From Chloroflexota bacterium (GTDB lineage: Bacteria; Chloroflexota; Dehalococcoidia; Lucifugimonadales; GCA-2719675), in assembly GCA_002719675.1 (NCBI GenBank), contig PBID01000016.1:76021-140020 (forward strand): a DNA stretch of 64,000 bases. The letters run 5' to 3'. Positions within the stretch are counted from its first letter, which is position 1; every line of letters begins with the position of its first letter. The notes below the pieces were generated by a model. That model was not told the DNA's origin, did no database searches, and was given only the letters and a program-made list of their open reading frames with translations. Of the stretch, positions 1 through 9,601 are shown piece after piece. The position numbers and the translations under genes were made by a program.

Positions 1-438
1 AAATTTTTCTTTCTTGAGGCTCATTTGAGTTTTGATTTTGTCAATTGTAATAGAATCTTCCTTTAATTTTTTGTTGAATTCATCTTGCAACAACATAATT
101 TTAAGAAGTTTGTTTTCTTCTACAGTTTTTTCTTGGTTTAAAAACCCCAGAGAATTTTCTATAGCTTCAAGTTCTTTAGGATTTGAGACTGAACCATCAT
201 ATAGTTGCTTCTCAATCGAAGAAGATTTTTGGTTGATGTCAGATAATTTATTTTCTGATTTACGTCTAAATTTTTCTATTTCAGAAAGTTTTGAAGTGGA
301 GTGATTGATTTTATTTTGAGCAATGTTTAATTTATTCTTATTAGTTAATTCTTCATTAATTTTTTGGATATTATTATTTAACTTGTCTAACTTAGAGTCA
401 ATTTTTTGCAAGTCAACCATCGACTTAATAGAATCCAT
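1..438 (-). CDS. Coiled-coil protein, probably C4-type zinc-ribbon family (COG1579-like); 3' end runs off the window
   Basis: Not in the ORF track. Hand translation from ATG 438: MDSIKSMVDLQKIDSKLDKL...EKQLYDGSVSNPKELEAI..., open to position 1. The LQxID start and LYxGxxxNPKEL resemble this family. Confidence 0.7.
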   Translation of the reverse strand, partial: MDSIKSMVDLQKIDSKLDKLNNNIQKINEELTNKNKLNIAQNKINHSTSKLSEIEKFRRKSENKLSDINQKSSSIEKQLYDGSVSNPKELEAIENSLGFLNQEKTVEENKLLKIMLLQDEFNKKLKEDSITIDKIKTQMSLKKEKF

Positions 439-570
439 TATTTAGCCTTGTAGTTTTTTTTAAGAAAGTATACATTTATACTACATTTTTCTCTACCTAA
501 TCGATAGTATAATATGAAGAAATTTGTATATGATTGTTTTAGAATTTTACAAGTAAGTTTAGGAATTTTA

Positions 571-2001
571 ATGGAATTAATCAAATTACCAAAAACCAAG
601 ATGATATGTACTCTCGGTCCTTCGACTAATTCAGAAGATGTCATAATTCAATTAATTACAGCAGGAATGAGTATTGCTAGATTGAATTTTTCACATGGCG
701 ATTTACAAGAACATAGAAAATCTTTTCAAATAGTTAGAGATGCTGCTAAAAAATTAAATACTAGGGTAGGAATTTTAGTAGATGTTCCTGGACCTAAATA
801 TAGAACTGGGAAATTAAACGACCCATTTATAATGCTTGAAGAGGAACAAGAATTAATTCTTACAAGTAAGAGTAGTGAGCTAGCTGATAAAAATAAAATT
901 TCAATTTTACCTTCAGGAATCCATAATGACGTTAGCCCTGGTTCTGTTATTTTACTTAACGATGGATTGATGGAATTGTCTGTCGAAAAAGTTGAAGGTC
1001 TTGAAGTTTTTTGCAAAGTGATTGTGGGAGGGAAACTTACTGAAAAAAGGGGTGTTGCTACTCCAGGAAAAAGTCCTTCTTTACCTTTTCCCGATCAAAA
1101 TGCTGTTGATGCTTTAGAATTTGCGGCTGAATATGGTGCTGACTTTGTTGCTCTTTCTACAGTAACAAATGAATCACATGTTTTGTCTGCTAAAAAAATA
1201 CTTCAAGAATTTAATCATTCTCCAGTGATTATTTCAAAAATTGAACGTTCAGAAGCTTTAGAAAATTTCGATCAGATTTTGTCAGTTAGTGATGCTATTA
1301 TGGTAGCTCGAGGAGATATGGGTGTTGAAGTTAAGATGTCAAAATTACCAACTATTCAGAAGGAATTAATTTTTAAATGTAATAATGTTGGAAAGCCTGT
1401 AATTACTGCTACTCAGATGTTAGAGTCTATGATAAATTCTCCTATACCAACTAGAGCTGAGGTTACTGATGTAGCGAATGCAATATATGATGGCACAGAC
1501 GCTATTATGCTTTCGGGAGAAACTTCTATCGGATCTTTTCCTCTGGATGCTGTAAAAGTTATGTCTGAAATTGCTCAGGAAGCAGAATCTAGTTTATCTT
1601 ATGAAAAGATTTTAATTGATAAAAGAAATTATTTGGAACCTGATACAAGTGATGCTATAGCGTATTCTTCAGTTCAAACATCGAATCAATTAGATGCTGA
1701 TTTTCTAGTTGCTTTTACCGAATCTGGTAGCACAGCAGTTAGGGTTTCAAAATATAGGCCGCGAGCACCAATTTTAGCTCTTACCTCAACTGAAAATACA
1801 TCAAATCAATTGACACTTAGCTGGGGTGTATTTCCATTTACTATTTCAAAATTAGATAATGTAGATGATTTTTTTCATTTAGCTGAATCTTATTCAAAGC
1901 AATTAAAAAAAATGGATCAAGGGAACGTTATAGTTCTAGTTGCCGGATTACCCATTGGTGTTTCAGGTGGTACAAATTTGTTAAGAGTAATCACTTTGTA
2001 A
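571..2001 (+). CDS. pyk: Pyruvate kinase
   Basis: TKMICTLGP, ARLNFSHG, SKIE, MVARGDMGVE, TQMLESM, DAIMLSGET. Start moved from 514 to ATG 571 (AGGA upstream). Confidence 0.97.
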   Translation: MELIKLPKTKMICTLGPSTNSEDVIIQLITAGMSIARLNFSHGDLQEHRKSFQIVRDAAKKLNTRVGILVDVPGPKYRTGKLNDPFIMLEEEQELILTSKSSELADKNKISILPSGIHNDVSPGSVILLNDGLMELSVEKVEGLEVFCKVIVGGKLTEKRGVATPGKSPSLPFPDQNAVDALEFAAEYGADFVALSTVTNESHVLSAKKILQEFNHSPVIISKIERSEALENFDQILSVSDAIMVARGDMGVEVKMSKLPTIQKELIFKCNNVGKPVITATQMLESMINSPIPTRAEVTDVANAIYDGTDAIMLSGETSIGSFPLDAVKVMSEIAQEAESSLSYEKILIDKRNYLEPDTSDAIAYSSVQTSNQLDADFLVAFTESGSTAVRVSKYRPRAPILALTSTENTSNQLTLSWGVFPFTISKLDNVDDFFHLAESYSKQLKKMDQGNVIVLVAGLPIGVSGGTNLLRVITL

Positions 2002-2030
2002 AAAATATTATTGTTCTAGAGGTGAATTAG

Positions 2031-4223
2031 TTGTTGAAAATTAAAGACTCTATGACAGGTGATTTAAAATCGGTAATCTCTGATAATCAAACTCAGGTAA
2101 AAATTTATACTTGCGGCCCTACTGTGTATCGAAGTGCACATTTAGGTAATATGCGTACTTATTTAATGGCAGATTGGATTCGTCGTGTAATTTCTTTAGA
2201 CTCTAATATAAAAATATTTCATGTTAAAAACATTACAGATGTTGGTCATATGCGTCAAGAGAGATTAGAACTGGGGGAAGATAGAATTATTTCTGCTGCT
2301 ATTAATGAAAATAAAACTGCTAGTGAGATTGCAGATTTTTATACTTCTGAGTTTTTTAGAGATGAAAAAAAACTTAATATAATTCCTGCAGAATTTTTTC
2401 CTAAAGCTACTGAAAATATTAACGAGATGATTGAAATAATCGAAAAGTTATTGGTAGATGGATTCGCGTATAAAGTACTTGGAAATATTTATTACAATGT
2501 AGATAAATGGAAAGACTATGGAATTTTGTCTGGTAATAATGGTAGTGATTTACTTGAAGCTGTCAGAATTAAAAAAGATTTGAATAAATTAGATCCTAGG
2601 GATTTTACGTTATGGAAGAAAGCAGAGAAGGGTAGGACTTTAAAATGGAAAAGTCCATGGGGCGAAGGATTTCCTGGGTGGCATATAGAATGTTCAGCAA
2701 TGTCGATTAAATACTTAGGTAAATCTATAGATATTCACACAGGTGGTGTTGATAATTTATTTCCCCATCACGAGGATGAAATTGCTCAATCAGATGCATT
2801 CAATGGAGTTAAAACAGTAAAAACTTGGGTTCATGGACAGCATCTTTTGTGGGATGGTGTAAAAATGTCAAAATCTGAGATGAATGATCTAACAGTTTCT
2901 GATTTAGAAAATAAAGGGTTTGATCCAATTGCATTTAGATACTTATGTTTGACTTCTAGGTATTATAATCGGCTACATTTTTCTATTTCTTCTATTAAGT
3001 CAGCACAAAATGCTTTGAAAAAAATCCGACAAAAGGTTTGGATTTGGTCAGAAAATTTGGTTAATAAAAGTTCTGCAGATCAAATTTTGATCAAAAATTA
3101 CAAATTAAAATTTCATCAGTTTGTTTCAGATAATCTGAACTTACCTCTTGCAGTATCTCATATGTGGGCAGTAGTCCATTCTGATTTGTCAGATTCTAAT
3201 AAATTTGAATTGTTATTATATTTTGATAAAGTTTTTGGTTTAGGTTTAGATTCAATATCAAAAAATAAAATTGATCAAGAGATTAATTCAAAAATGTCTT
3301 TGCGATCTGATCTTCGTTTAAATCAGAATTATTCAAGCACAGACAAAATCCGCTCGGATATTGCTGGAAAAGGTTATTTAATAGAAGATACTTCAAAAAA
3401 ATCTAGAATAAGACCTTTGATGAATTGGGAGAGTCCTGAAAAAAAGTTTTTGGATTGTTTAAAGTCTCCGAAAGATTTTGCTTTTTTACCTTTGAATGAA
3501 TCGGAATTTGAAATTACAGTAGGATTGATTGCTAGGAATGATCTAGCTGATATTACACGTTTCGTCTCTGGATTTTTAAATACGCTTAAGTTCAAAAATT
3601 CTGAATTGTTGATTGTAAATAACTCAACAAATGTTTATGTACACTCCTATCTAGCAAATTTAAATAAAGATTATCAAAATGTCCGAGTAATTCATTTGGA
3701 TCATAATTATGGAGAAGCTACAGCAAAAAACATAATTTTGAAACAAAGTAGAGGCGAGATTCTTATATTGATGGATGTTAGTACAGAAGTTATTGGAGAT
3801 ATTTTTACTCCAATTAAAAATATATTGTCAGATGAAAAAATTGGTGTTTGTGGGATAGATGGATTAACTTCAGATGATTTTAGGCATTTTCATGAAGATA
3901 ATAACAAGGGTCTTTTTGTTGATGCTATGCAGGCATACTGTTTTGCTTTCAGAAGAAACATTTTGTTGGATGTGGGCTTAATGCGTGAAAATTTTAGATT
4001 CTATAGGAATTTGGATTTGGATTTTAGTTTACAGATAAAGAACTTGGGATATAAAATATTTTCTTTTGATATGCTTCCTTTGAACAAACATGAGCATTGG
4101 GTTTTTCAAGAATATTCTTCTGAAAGGGTCGATGAATTGAGCAAGAAGAACTACAAACGCTTCTTGAAAAAGTGGGATGGAAGAAATGACTTACTCGTAA
4201 AAAACCAAAAAAATCAGATTTGA
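2031..4223 (+). CDS. cysS: Cysteine--tRNA ligase fused to a C-terminal GT2-like glycosyltransferase domain
   Basis: TCGPTVY..HLGN, NITDVGH, DFTLWK, SPWGEGFPGWHIECSAMS, DIHTGG..FPHHEDE, KMSKS. From about aa 490, a GT-A-like pattern (LIVNNST, NYGEATAKN, GEILILMD, RNLDLDFSL). Confidence 0.9.
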   Translation: MLKIKDSMTGDLKSVISDNQTQVKIYTCGPTVYRSAHLGNMRTYLMADWIRRVISLDSNIKIFHVKNITDVGHMRQERLELGEDRIISAAINENKTASEIADFYTSEFFRDEKKLNIIPAEFFPKATENINEMIEIIEKLLVDGFAYKVLGNIYYNVDKWKDYGILSGNNGSDLLEAVRIKKDLNKLDPRDFTLWKKAEKGRTLKWKSPWGEGFPGWHIECSAMSIKYLGKSIDIHTGGVDNLFPHHEDEIAQSDAFNGVKTVKTWVHGQHLLWDGVKMSKSEMNDLTVSDLENKGFDPIAFRYLCLTSRYYNRLHFSISSIKSAQNALKKIRQKVWIWSENLVNKSSADQILIKNYKLKFHQFVSDNLNLPLAVSHMWAVVHSDLSDSNKFELLLYFDKVFGLGLDSISKNKIDQEINSKMSLRSDLRLNQNYSSTDKIRSDIAGKGYLIEDTSKKSRIRPLMNWESPEKKFLDCLKSPKDFAFLPLNESEFEITVGLIARNDLADITRFVSGFLNTLKFKNSELLIVNNSTNVYVHSYLANLNKDYQNVRVIHLDHNYGEATAKNIILKQSRGEILILMDVSTEVIGDIFTPIKNILSDEKIGVCGIDGLTSDDFRHFHEDNNKGLFVDAMQAYCFAFRRNILLDVGLMRENFRFYRNLDLDFSLQIKNLGYKIFSFDMLPLNKHEHWVFQEYSSERVDELSKKNYKRFLKKWDGRNDLLVKNQKNQI

Positions 4224-4251
4224 TTTTTTATGAAATATTTGGTGGGATTAA

Positions 4252-5253
4252 ATGGAGATTAACCTTTCTTTAGCTGTATTAATTTTTTTAATTTCTGCTT
4301 TATTGGTTGTTATAAGTGGGATAATTTTAGCAAAATCTGGTGATTCTATTGCAGAATATTCTGGATTAGGCAGAGTTTGGGTAGGTTCTCTTTTAGTTGC
4401 TGGTGCTACTTCTTTACCTGAATTGGTTACTGTAATTAGCGCTGTGGTATTAGATTCTCCAAGTTTAGCTGGCGGGACTATTTTTGGAGCAAATATGATC
4501 AATATGGCAAAATTTTCAATTTTGGTTTTAATTTTTGGGGGATCAAATATTTTTCAAAATTTATTAAGGTTGCAAGTTTGGGTTGCCACTTTTGCTTTTT
4601 TATTGACTTGTGTAGCAGTATTGATGACAATTTTTTCAAGTAGTATAAAAATATTTGGGGTATCTCCTTTTGGAGTAATATTAATTATAATGTATATTTT
4701 GTCTTCTAAGTTTTTATATCATAAAAGTGCACTTGATTCTTCTAAACAAAATTTTATAGAACATAACTCTGAAAATAATTCAATTAAGAGACAATGGGCT
4801 TTATTTTTTTTGTCGGCATTAATGCTTTTTATTTCAGCTCCATTTCTAACTTATAGTTCTGAACGAATTTCTGAATTCTCGAATGTCTCTCAAAGCTTCA
4901 TTGGAGTTTTAGCTTTAGGTTTTTTGGCAAGTTTACCAGAGTTTACAGCAGCTGCAGCGGCGTTTAAAATTGGTGCTCCAGATTTAGGAGTGAGTGCTCT
5001 TTTTGGGAGTAATGCTTTTAATATTGCTGCCCTTGGTATTGCTGATATTTTTTATCATAAAGGATCTTTGTTTTCAAGTTTAGATATTAGTCATTTAGCA
5101 GCAGGTGTTTTTGCAGTAATTTTAATAGGTTTATGTCTTTTGCAACTTTATCAAAGAACAAAACTACGTCTGTTTTCACTAAGTACGCCTTCTCCTATAA
5201 TTGTTATATTTTTATATATAGTAGGACTTTTTGTTGTTTTTAAACTAGGGTAA
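4252..5253 (+). CDS. Sodium/calcium antiporter (CaCA, YrbG-like)
   Basis: About 10 hydrophobic segments with two alpha repeats: ATSLPEL...GANMIN and ASLPEF...GSNAFN. Confidence 0.9.
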   Translation: MEINLSLAVLIFLISALLVVISGIILAKSGDSIAEYSGLGRVWVGSLLVAGATSLPELVTVISAVVLDSPSLAGGTIFGANMINMAKFSILVLIFGGSNIFQNLLRLQVWVATFAFLLTCVAVLMTIFSSSIKIFGVSPFGVILIIMYILSSKFLYHKSALDSSKQNFIEHNSENNSIKRQWALFFLSALMLFISAPFLTYSSERISEFSNVSQSFIGVLALGFLASLPEFTAAAAAFKIGAPDLGVSALFGSNAFNIAALGIADIFYHKGSLFSSLDISHLAAGVFAVILIGLCLLQLYQRTKLRLFSLSTPSPIIVIFLYIVGLFVVFKLG

Positions 5254-5261
5254 ATTTTAAA

Positions 5262-6260
5262 TTATTTATCTCTAGTTAAAACATAATCTACGAGATCAAT
5301 GAGAGCTATTTTGTGTGAATTTTCAGGAAGAAACTTAATTTCATTTAATGCTGTTTTGCAAAACTGCTCTGCTATTTTTAATGCTTCAGAAATGTTTGAT
5401 TTCTCTGATGCATTTTCAATTGCTTTGGAAAGTAAAATATTATTTGAAGGATCACCTAAAAATTGAATTATTGGATTTTCTATAGGGTTTTTTTCAATCG
5501 AAATAATTGAAGGTAATGTGAGTGTCCCTTTTGAAAGATCAGCTGATGTTGGTTTGCCTGTTTTTTGTGAATCTCCAGTAAAATCAAGTATGTCGTCGAT
5601 TATTTGGAATGCCATTCCCAAATTATATCCAAAATTTTTCAATGCATTGATTGTCCTTTGATCTGTATTACTTAAAATTGCGCCAGATTCTGAAGCTGTT
5701 GTAAATAATGATGCTGTTTTCTTATAAATTCTTTTGAAATATTTTTCTTTAGTTTGATCTGATGAATACGTTGAATACATTTGATCTAATTCACCTACGG
5801 AAAGTTCCATGATTGTTTCAGAGAATCTTTTGATTACGTAAATAGATTTAGTTTCACATATTAAAGATGCAGCTGCAGCAAAAATATAATCTCCAATTAA
5901 AACAGCTGAATTATCACCCCATAAGTTGCTAATAGTTGCTTTCCCTCTTCTGAAATTTGAGTCATCTACCGTGTCGTCATGTACGAGAGTTGCGATATGA
6001 AGTAGTTCAACAGCAGCAGCTAATTTTTCAACAGTTTTCAGATTTTGATTGCCGAAACCCGCTGATAATAGCGATAGAGTTGGTCTTAATTTTTTCCCCG
6101 ATGAATTTAGTGAATACTCAAGTAATTGTGACAAAAATGGTAAGTGTTTTTCATTATTATAGCTTTTAGAGAGGTCTGAAATTTCATCTTTGACATTTTC
6201 AAGACTATTGTTAATAGGTGAATAAATATTTGATAGTAGATTGTTTCTGAGGGTATTCAA
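5262..6260 (-). CDS. Polyprenyl diphosphate synthase (HepT/IspB-like)
   Basis: GKKLRP, ELLHIATLVHDDTVD..RRG, KTASLF, FQIIDDILD. Confidence 0.93.
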   Translation of the reverse strand: MNTLRNNLLSNIYSPINNSLENVKDEISDLSKSYNNEKHLPFLSQLLEYSLNSSGKKLRPTLSLLSAGFGNQNLKTVEKLAAAVELLHIATLVHDDTVDDSNFRRGKATISNLWGDNSAVLIGDYIFAAAASLICETKSIYVIKRFSETIMELSVGELDQMYSTYSSDQTKEKYFKRIYKKTASLFTTASESGAILSNTDQRTINALKNFGYNLGMAFQIIDDILDFTGDSQKTGKPTSADLSKGTLTLPSIISIEKNPIENPIIQFLGDPSNNILLSKAIENASEKSNISEALKIAEQFCKTALNEIKFLPENSHKIALIDLVDYVLTRDK

Positions 6261-7930
6261 TTTTTTCCTATTTTTTTTGTTTCAGTTTCAATAATTGAAT
6301 CATCTAATTTTTTGAATAGAGGGGCACTCTTTTCAAGCTGAATTCCAGGGGAGAGTAAGTTTTTGTCCCATGACCATTTTATAGAACTTTCTTGATTGTC
6401 AGTGAACCCAAGCATTTTATGTAATTGTTGTGATGAAAAAGGTAAGTAAGGATATAAAACTACTTTGAGACAATTAATTACTGATAAGCATGTCCAAATT
6501 GTAGTTTGAGTAGATTCTATATCGTTTTTAATTGTTTTCCAGGGTTCTTTGTGGTCTAAATATTGGTTTGCAGATTTTGCTAAAGCCATAGCTTTTTCCA
6601 GTCCTGATCTGAATTTACATTTTTCAATGTTTTCACTTATTTCAACAAATTTTTGATTGCATGTATTTAGTAATGCTATAGAGTCATTATCTAATGTACC
6701 TGGTTTTGGTATTTTGCCTTCAAAGTTTTTATGAGTTAATGTCATTACCCTGTTAACAAGGTTTCCATAGGTAGCTACTAATTCATCATTATTAGCGCGA
6801 ATGTATTCTTCCCACGAGAAATCAGAATCGCTATTTTCTGGCATATTTGAAGCAATTGCGTATCTAAGAGGATCTGGGTCGTAAAGTGATAAATATTCTG
6901 GAAGCCATACAGCCCAATTTCTACTTGTTGATTGTTTAGAACCTTCAATGTTTAAATATTCGTTAGCAGGAATATCATGAGGTAAATTTAGGTTGTCATA
7001 TCCTATCAAAATAGCTGGCCAGATAATGCTATGAAATGGAATATTGTCTTTCCCCATGAAGTAATAGCTTTTTGCAGAAGATTTCCAAAAATCTTTCCAA
7101 GATATTTCAGATGATTGGTTGTCAGACCACTCGATTGATGCGGAAAGGTAACCAATTACAGCTTCAAACCAGACATATAACTTTTTGTTTTCATAATTTT
7201 TTAATGGAACGGGAATTCCCCATTCTATGTCTCTAGTAATAGGCCTGTCCTTCAATCCGGATTTTATATACGACATAGAGAAATTTTTTACATTTGGCTT
7301 CCAAGTATCTTTGGTTTCTAGCCATGAAAGGAGTGTGTCTTGGAAATTACTTAGTTTTAAAAAGAAATGTTCAGTTTTTTTTAGTTTGGGAGTCGAATCA
7401 CATAGCTTGCATTTCATATCGATTAAATCTTTGGGATCTAAAGTGATCCCACAACTATCACATTGGTCACCTCGGGCATTTTTGTCATTGCATTTAGGGC
7501 ATGTTCCGTTAACATATCTATCTGCTAAAAATCTTTGGTCTTGTTCACAAAATGGTTGAGTCATAAAATCTTTATAAATTAATTTTTTTTCGTATAATTT
7601 TAAGAATATATCTTGTGCAACTTTTTGGTGATTTTTTGTATGAGTTGATGTGAATAAATCGAAAGTAATTCCTAATTCTTCCCAGTTTTTAACAAATTCT
7701 TGATGATATTTTTGGAATACTTCTTTTGGAGAAATACCTAAATCTTCTGCAGTTAATGTTACGGGAGTTCCATGTGAATCACTTCCTGAAACCATTAGGA
7801 CGTCATTACCTTTTGCTCGATGGTATCTTGCAAAAATGTCTGCTGGAATATAAGCACCAGCTGTTTGCCCAATATGCAAAGAACCATTTGCATATGGCCA
7901 AGCTACACATATGAGGATTTTTTCATTCAT
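6257..7930 (-). CDS. metG: Methionine--tRNA ligase (no C-terminal appended domain)
   Basis: PYANGSLHIG, GSDSHGT, zinc-knuckle CxxC pairs, YVWFEA, GKDNIPFH, KQSTS. Confidence 0.97.
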   Translation of the reverse strand: MNEKILICVAWPYANGSLHIGQTAGAYIPADIFARYHRAKGNDVLMVSGSDSHGTPVTLTAEDLGISPKEVFQKYHQEFVKNWEELGITFDLFTSTHTKNHQKVAQDIFLKLYEKKLIYKDFMTQPFCEQDQRFLADRYVNGTCPKCNDKNARGDQCDSCGITLDPKDLIDMKCKLCDSTPKLKKTEHFFLKLSNFQDTLLSWLETKDTWKPNVKNFSMSYIKSGLKDRPITRDIEWGIPVPLKNYENKKLYVWFEAVIGYLSASIEWSDNQSSEISWKDFWKSSAKSYYFMGKDNIPFHSIIWPAILIGYDNLNLPHDIPANEYLNIEGSKQSTSRNWAVWLPEYLSLYDPDPLRYAIASNMPENSDSDFSWEEYIRANNDELVATYGNLVNRVMTLTHKNFEGKIPKPGTLDNDSIALLNTCNQKFVEISENIEKCKFRSGLEKAMALAKSANQYLDHKEPWKTIKNDIESTQTTIWTCLSVINCLKVVLYPYLPFSSQQLHKMLGFTDNQESSIKWSWDKNLLSPGIQLEKSAPLFKKLDDSIIETETKKIGKN

Positions 7931-8027
7931 TAGTAATCAGCCTTTTTTATACTAGATATACTATTTTACTAGAATTTAAGCTTTGATGTATTAGAAGATA
8001 TGTTTTTACTATGATAATTTGAATCTT

Positions 8028-8708
8028 TTAATTGGTCATGTTGTTTTCAATTGTTGGGTCGAGAATTATTGTGAATTCACCTTTGATAGGTGAAATAGTT
8101 TCCAATGCTTGTGATGCTTGACCATAAAAAATTTGTTCGTAAATTTTTGTCATCTCTCGACATACTATTATGTTTCTATTGCCCATTATTTCTATGATAA
8201 GGTTTATTGTTGCTTCAAAACGATACGGAGATTCAAAAAAAATGGTAGGTATCAAATTGTTTTTTGCATTTAATAGCGCTTTTTGTTTTTTACCTTTTTT
8301 TTGGGGTAGAAATCCCAGATGTATGAAACTATCAGAATTCAATCCTGAAATCGATAGTGCTGAGGTAACTGCTGATGGTCCAGGGATAGGGATTATCTGG
8401 GCATTCATTTTCCTAGCTTCAGAAATCAAAATTGATCCAGGGTCATTTATTCCAGGAGTCCCTGCATCAGATACTAGTGCCATATTTGAAGTTGAAAGTT
8501 CTTTCAAAATTTTTGGTAATTTAGATGTTTGGTTATATTTATGATAACTTGTGGTTTTTGTTATAATTTCAAATTTTTTAAGTAACCTTTTAGTGATTCG
8601 AGTATCTTCTGAAATTATTGTGTCTACTGTTTTTAAAGTGTTTATAGCTCTTAGTGTAATGTCTTCTAAATTACCTATAGGTGTAGAGACAACATATAAT
8701 GATCCCAC
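8028..8708 (-). CDS. rsmI: 16S rRNA (cytidine1402-2'-O)-methyltransferase
   Basis: LYVVSTPIGNLEDITLRA, VSDAGTPGINDPG, FFESPYR, REMTKIYE, KGEF. Confidence 0.95.
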   Translation of the reverse strand: MGSLYVVSTPIGNLEDITLRAINTLKTVDTIISEDTRITKRLLKKFEIITKTTSYHKYNQTSKLPKILKELSTSNMALVSDAGTPGINDPGSILISEARKMNAQIIPIPGPSAVTSALSISGLNSDSFIHLGFLPQKKGKKQKALLNAKNNLIPTIFFESPYRFEATINLIIEIMGNRNIIVCREMTKIYEQIFYGQASQALETISPIKGEFTIILDPTIENNMTN

Positions 8709-8712
8709 TTTT

Positions 8713-9510
8713 TTAAAGCCCCATAATTTTTTCTAACCCTACTGTTAAACCTGGAGTTTTAGTTACAGATTTGACTGCCATTAGCACTCCGGGCATGAAA
8801 CTTTCTCTATTAATTGAATCATGCTTGATAGTGAGAGTTTGGCCTAAATGACCAAAAACTAATTCATGGAATGCAACTCTTCCAGGCATCCTACCACTAT
8901 GAATAGAAACTCCTGATTTAGAAACTCCACCTCTAGAATTTTTAATTAATTCTTTCTGAGATTCAGGAGATTGAAATTTTGTTTTTCTTTCTTTACCTGC
9001 AGCTTCAGCAATTGCTATTGCTGTTCCAGATGGGGAGTCAATTTTTCCTTCATGATGCATTTCAATAAGATCAGCATATTCAAACCATTTGCCAGAAATT
9101 TTTGCCAAATGCATCATTAAAACAGCTCCCATAGCAAAGTTAGGGGCAATTACTATACCAGTGTTGTTTGCTTCAGATTGTTTTTGTGCTTCTTGGTAAA
9201 TTTCATCAGTGATACCTGTGGATCCTATTACTAAATGGGTTTTAGCTTTTGGTGCAATTTTAATTAGATTATAAGCAGCTTCTGAGTTGGTGAAATCTAC
9301 AATAACATCAGTATTTAATAGTAATTCTGAAATTTGATTGGATGAAGGAACTGTAATTGGGCAATTTGGAATTTCTCCAGAGTCTTTTGATAGATGTTGA
9401 TCAACTACACCTGTAAGTTCTGTTTCTATATCTTTATTAACGGCTTTGATAACTTCTTGTCCCATTTTACCTAGAGCACCATGGACAACAACTCTTATTT
9501 TAGACATCAA
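8713..9510 (-). CDS. dapB: 4-hydroxy-tetrahydrodipicolinate reductase
   Basis: GALGKMG, VDFT, APNFAMG, EMHHEGKIDSPSGTA, RESFMPGV. Confidence 0.96.
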   Translation of the reverse strand: MMSKIRVVVHGALGKMGQEVIKAVNKDIETELTGVVDQHLSKDSGEIPNCPITVPSSNQISELLLNTDVIVDFTNSEAAYNLIKIAPKAKTHLVIGSTGITDEIYQEAQKQSEANNTGIVIAPNFAMGAVLMMHLAKISGKWFEYADLIEMHHEGKIDSPSGTAIAIAEAAGKERKTKFQSPESQKELIKNSRGGVSKSGVSIHSGRMPGRVAFHELVFGHLGQTLTIKHDSINRESFMPGVLMAVKSVTKTPGLTVGLEKIMGL

Positions 9511-9601
9511 TTTCTCCTAAAATTTGAACAAAGATTTTACTATTGTAAATTTTACATGATCTTATCAAGTATTTTAAATATCAATTGATATAATATTTTA
9601 A

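Noticed and set aside
32-644. Track ORFs 32..304 (+) and 438..644 (-)
   Set aside because: They are shadows of the real minus-strand coiled-coil gene and of pyk.
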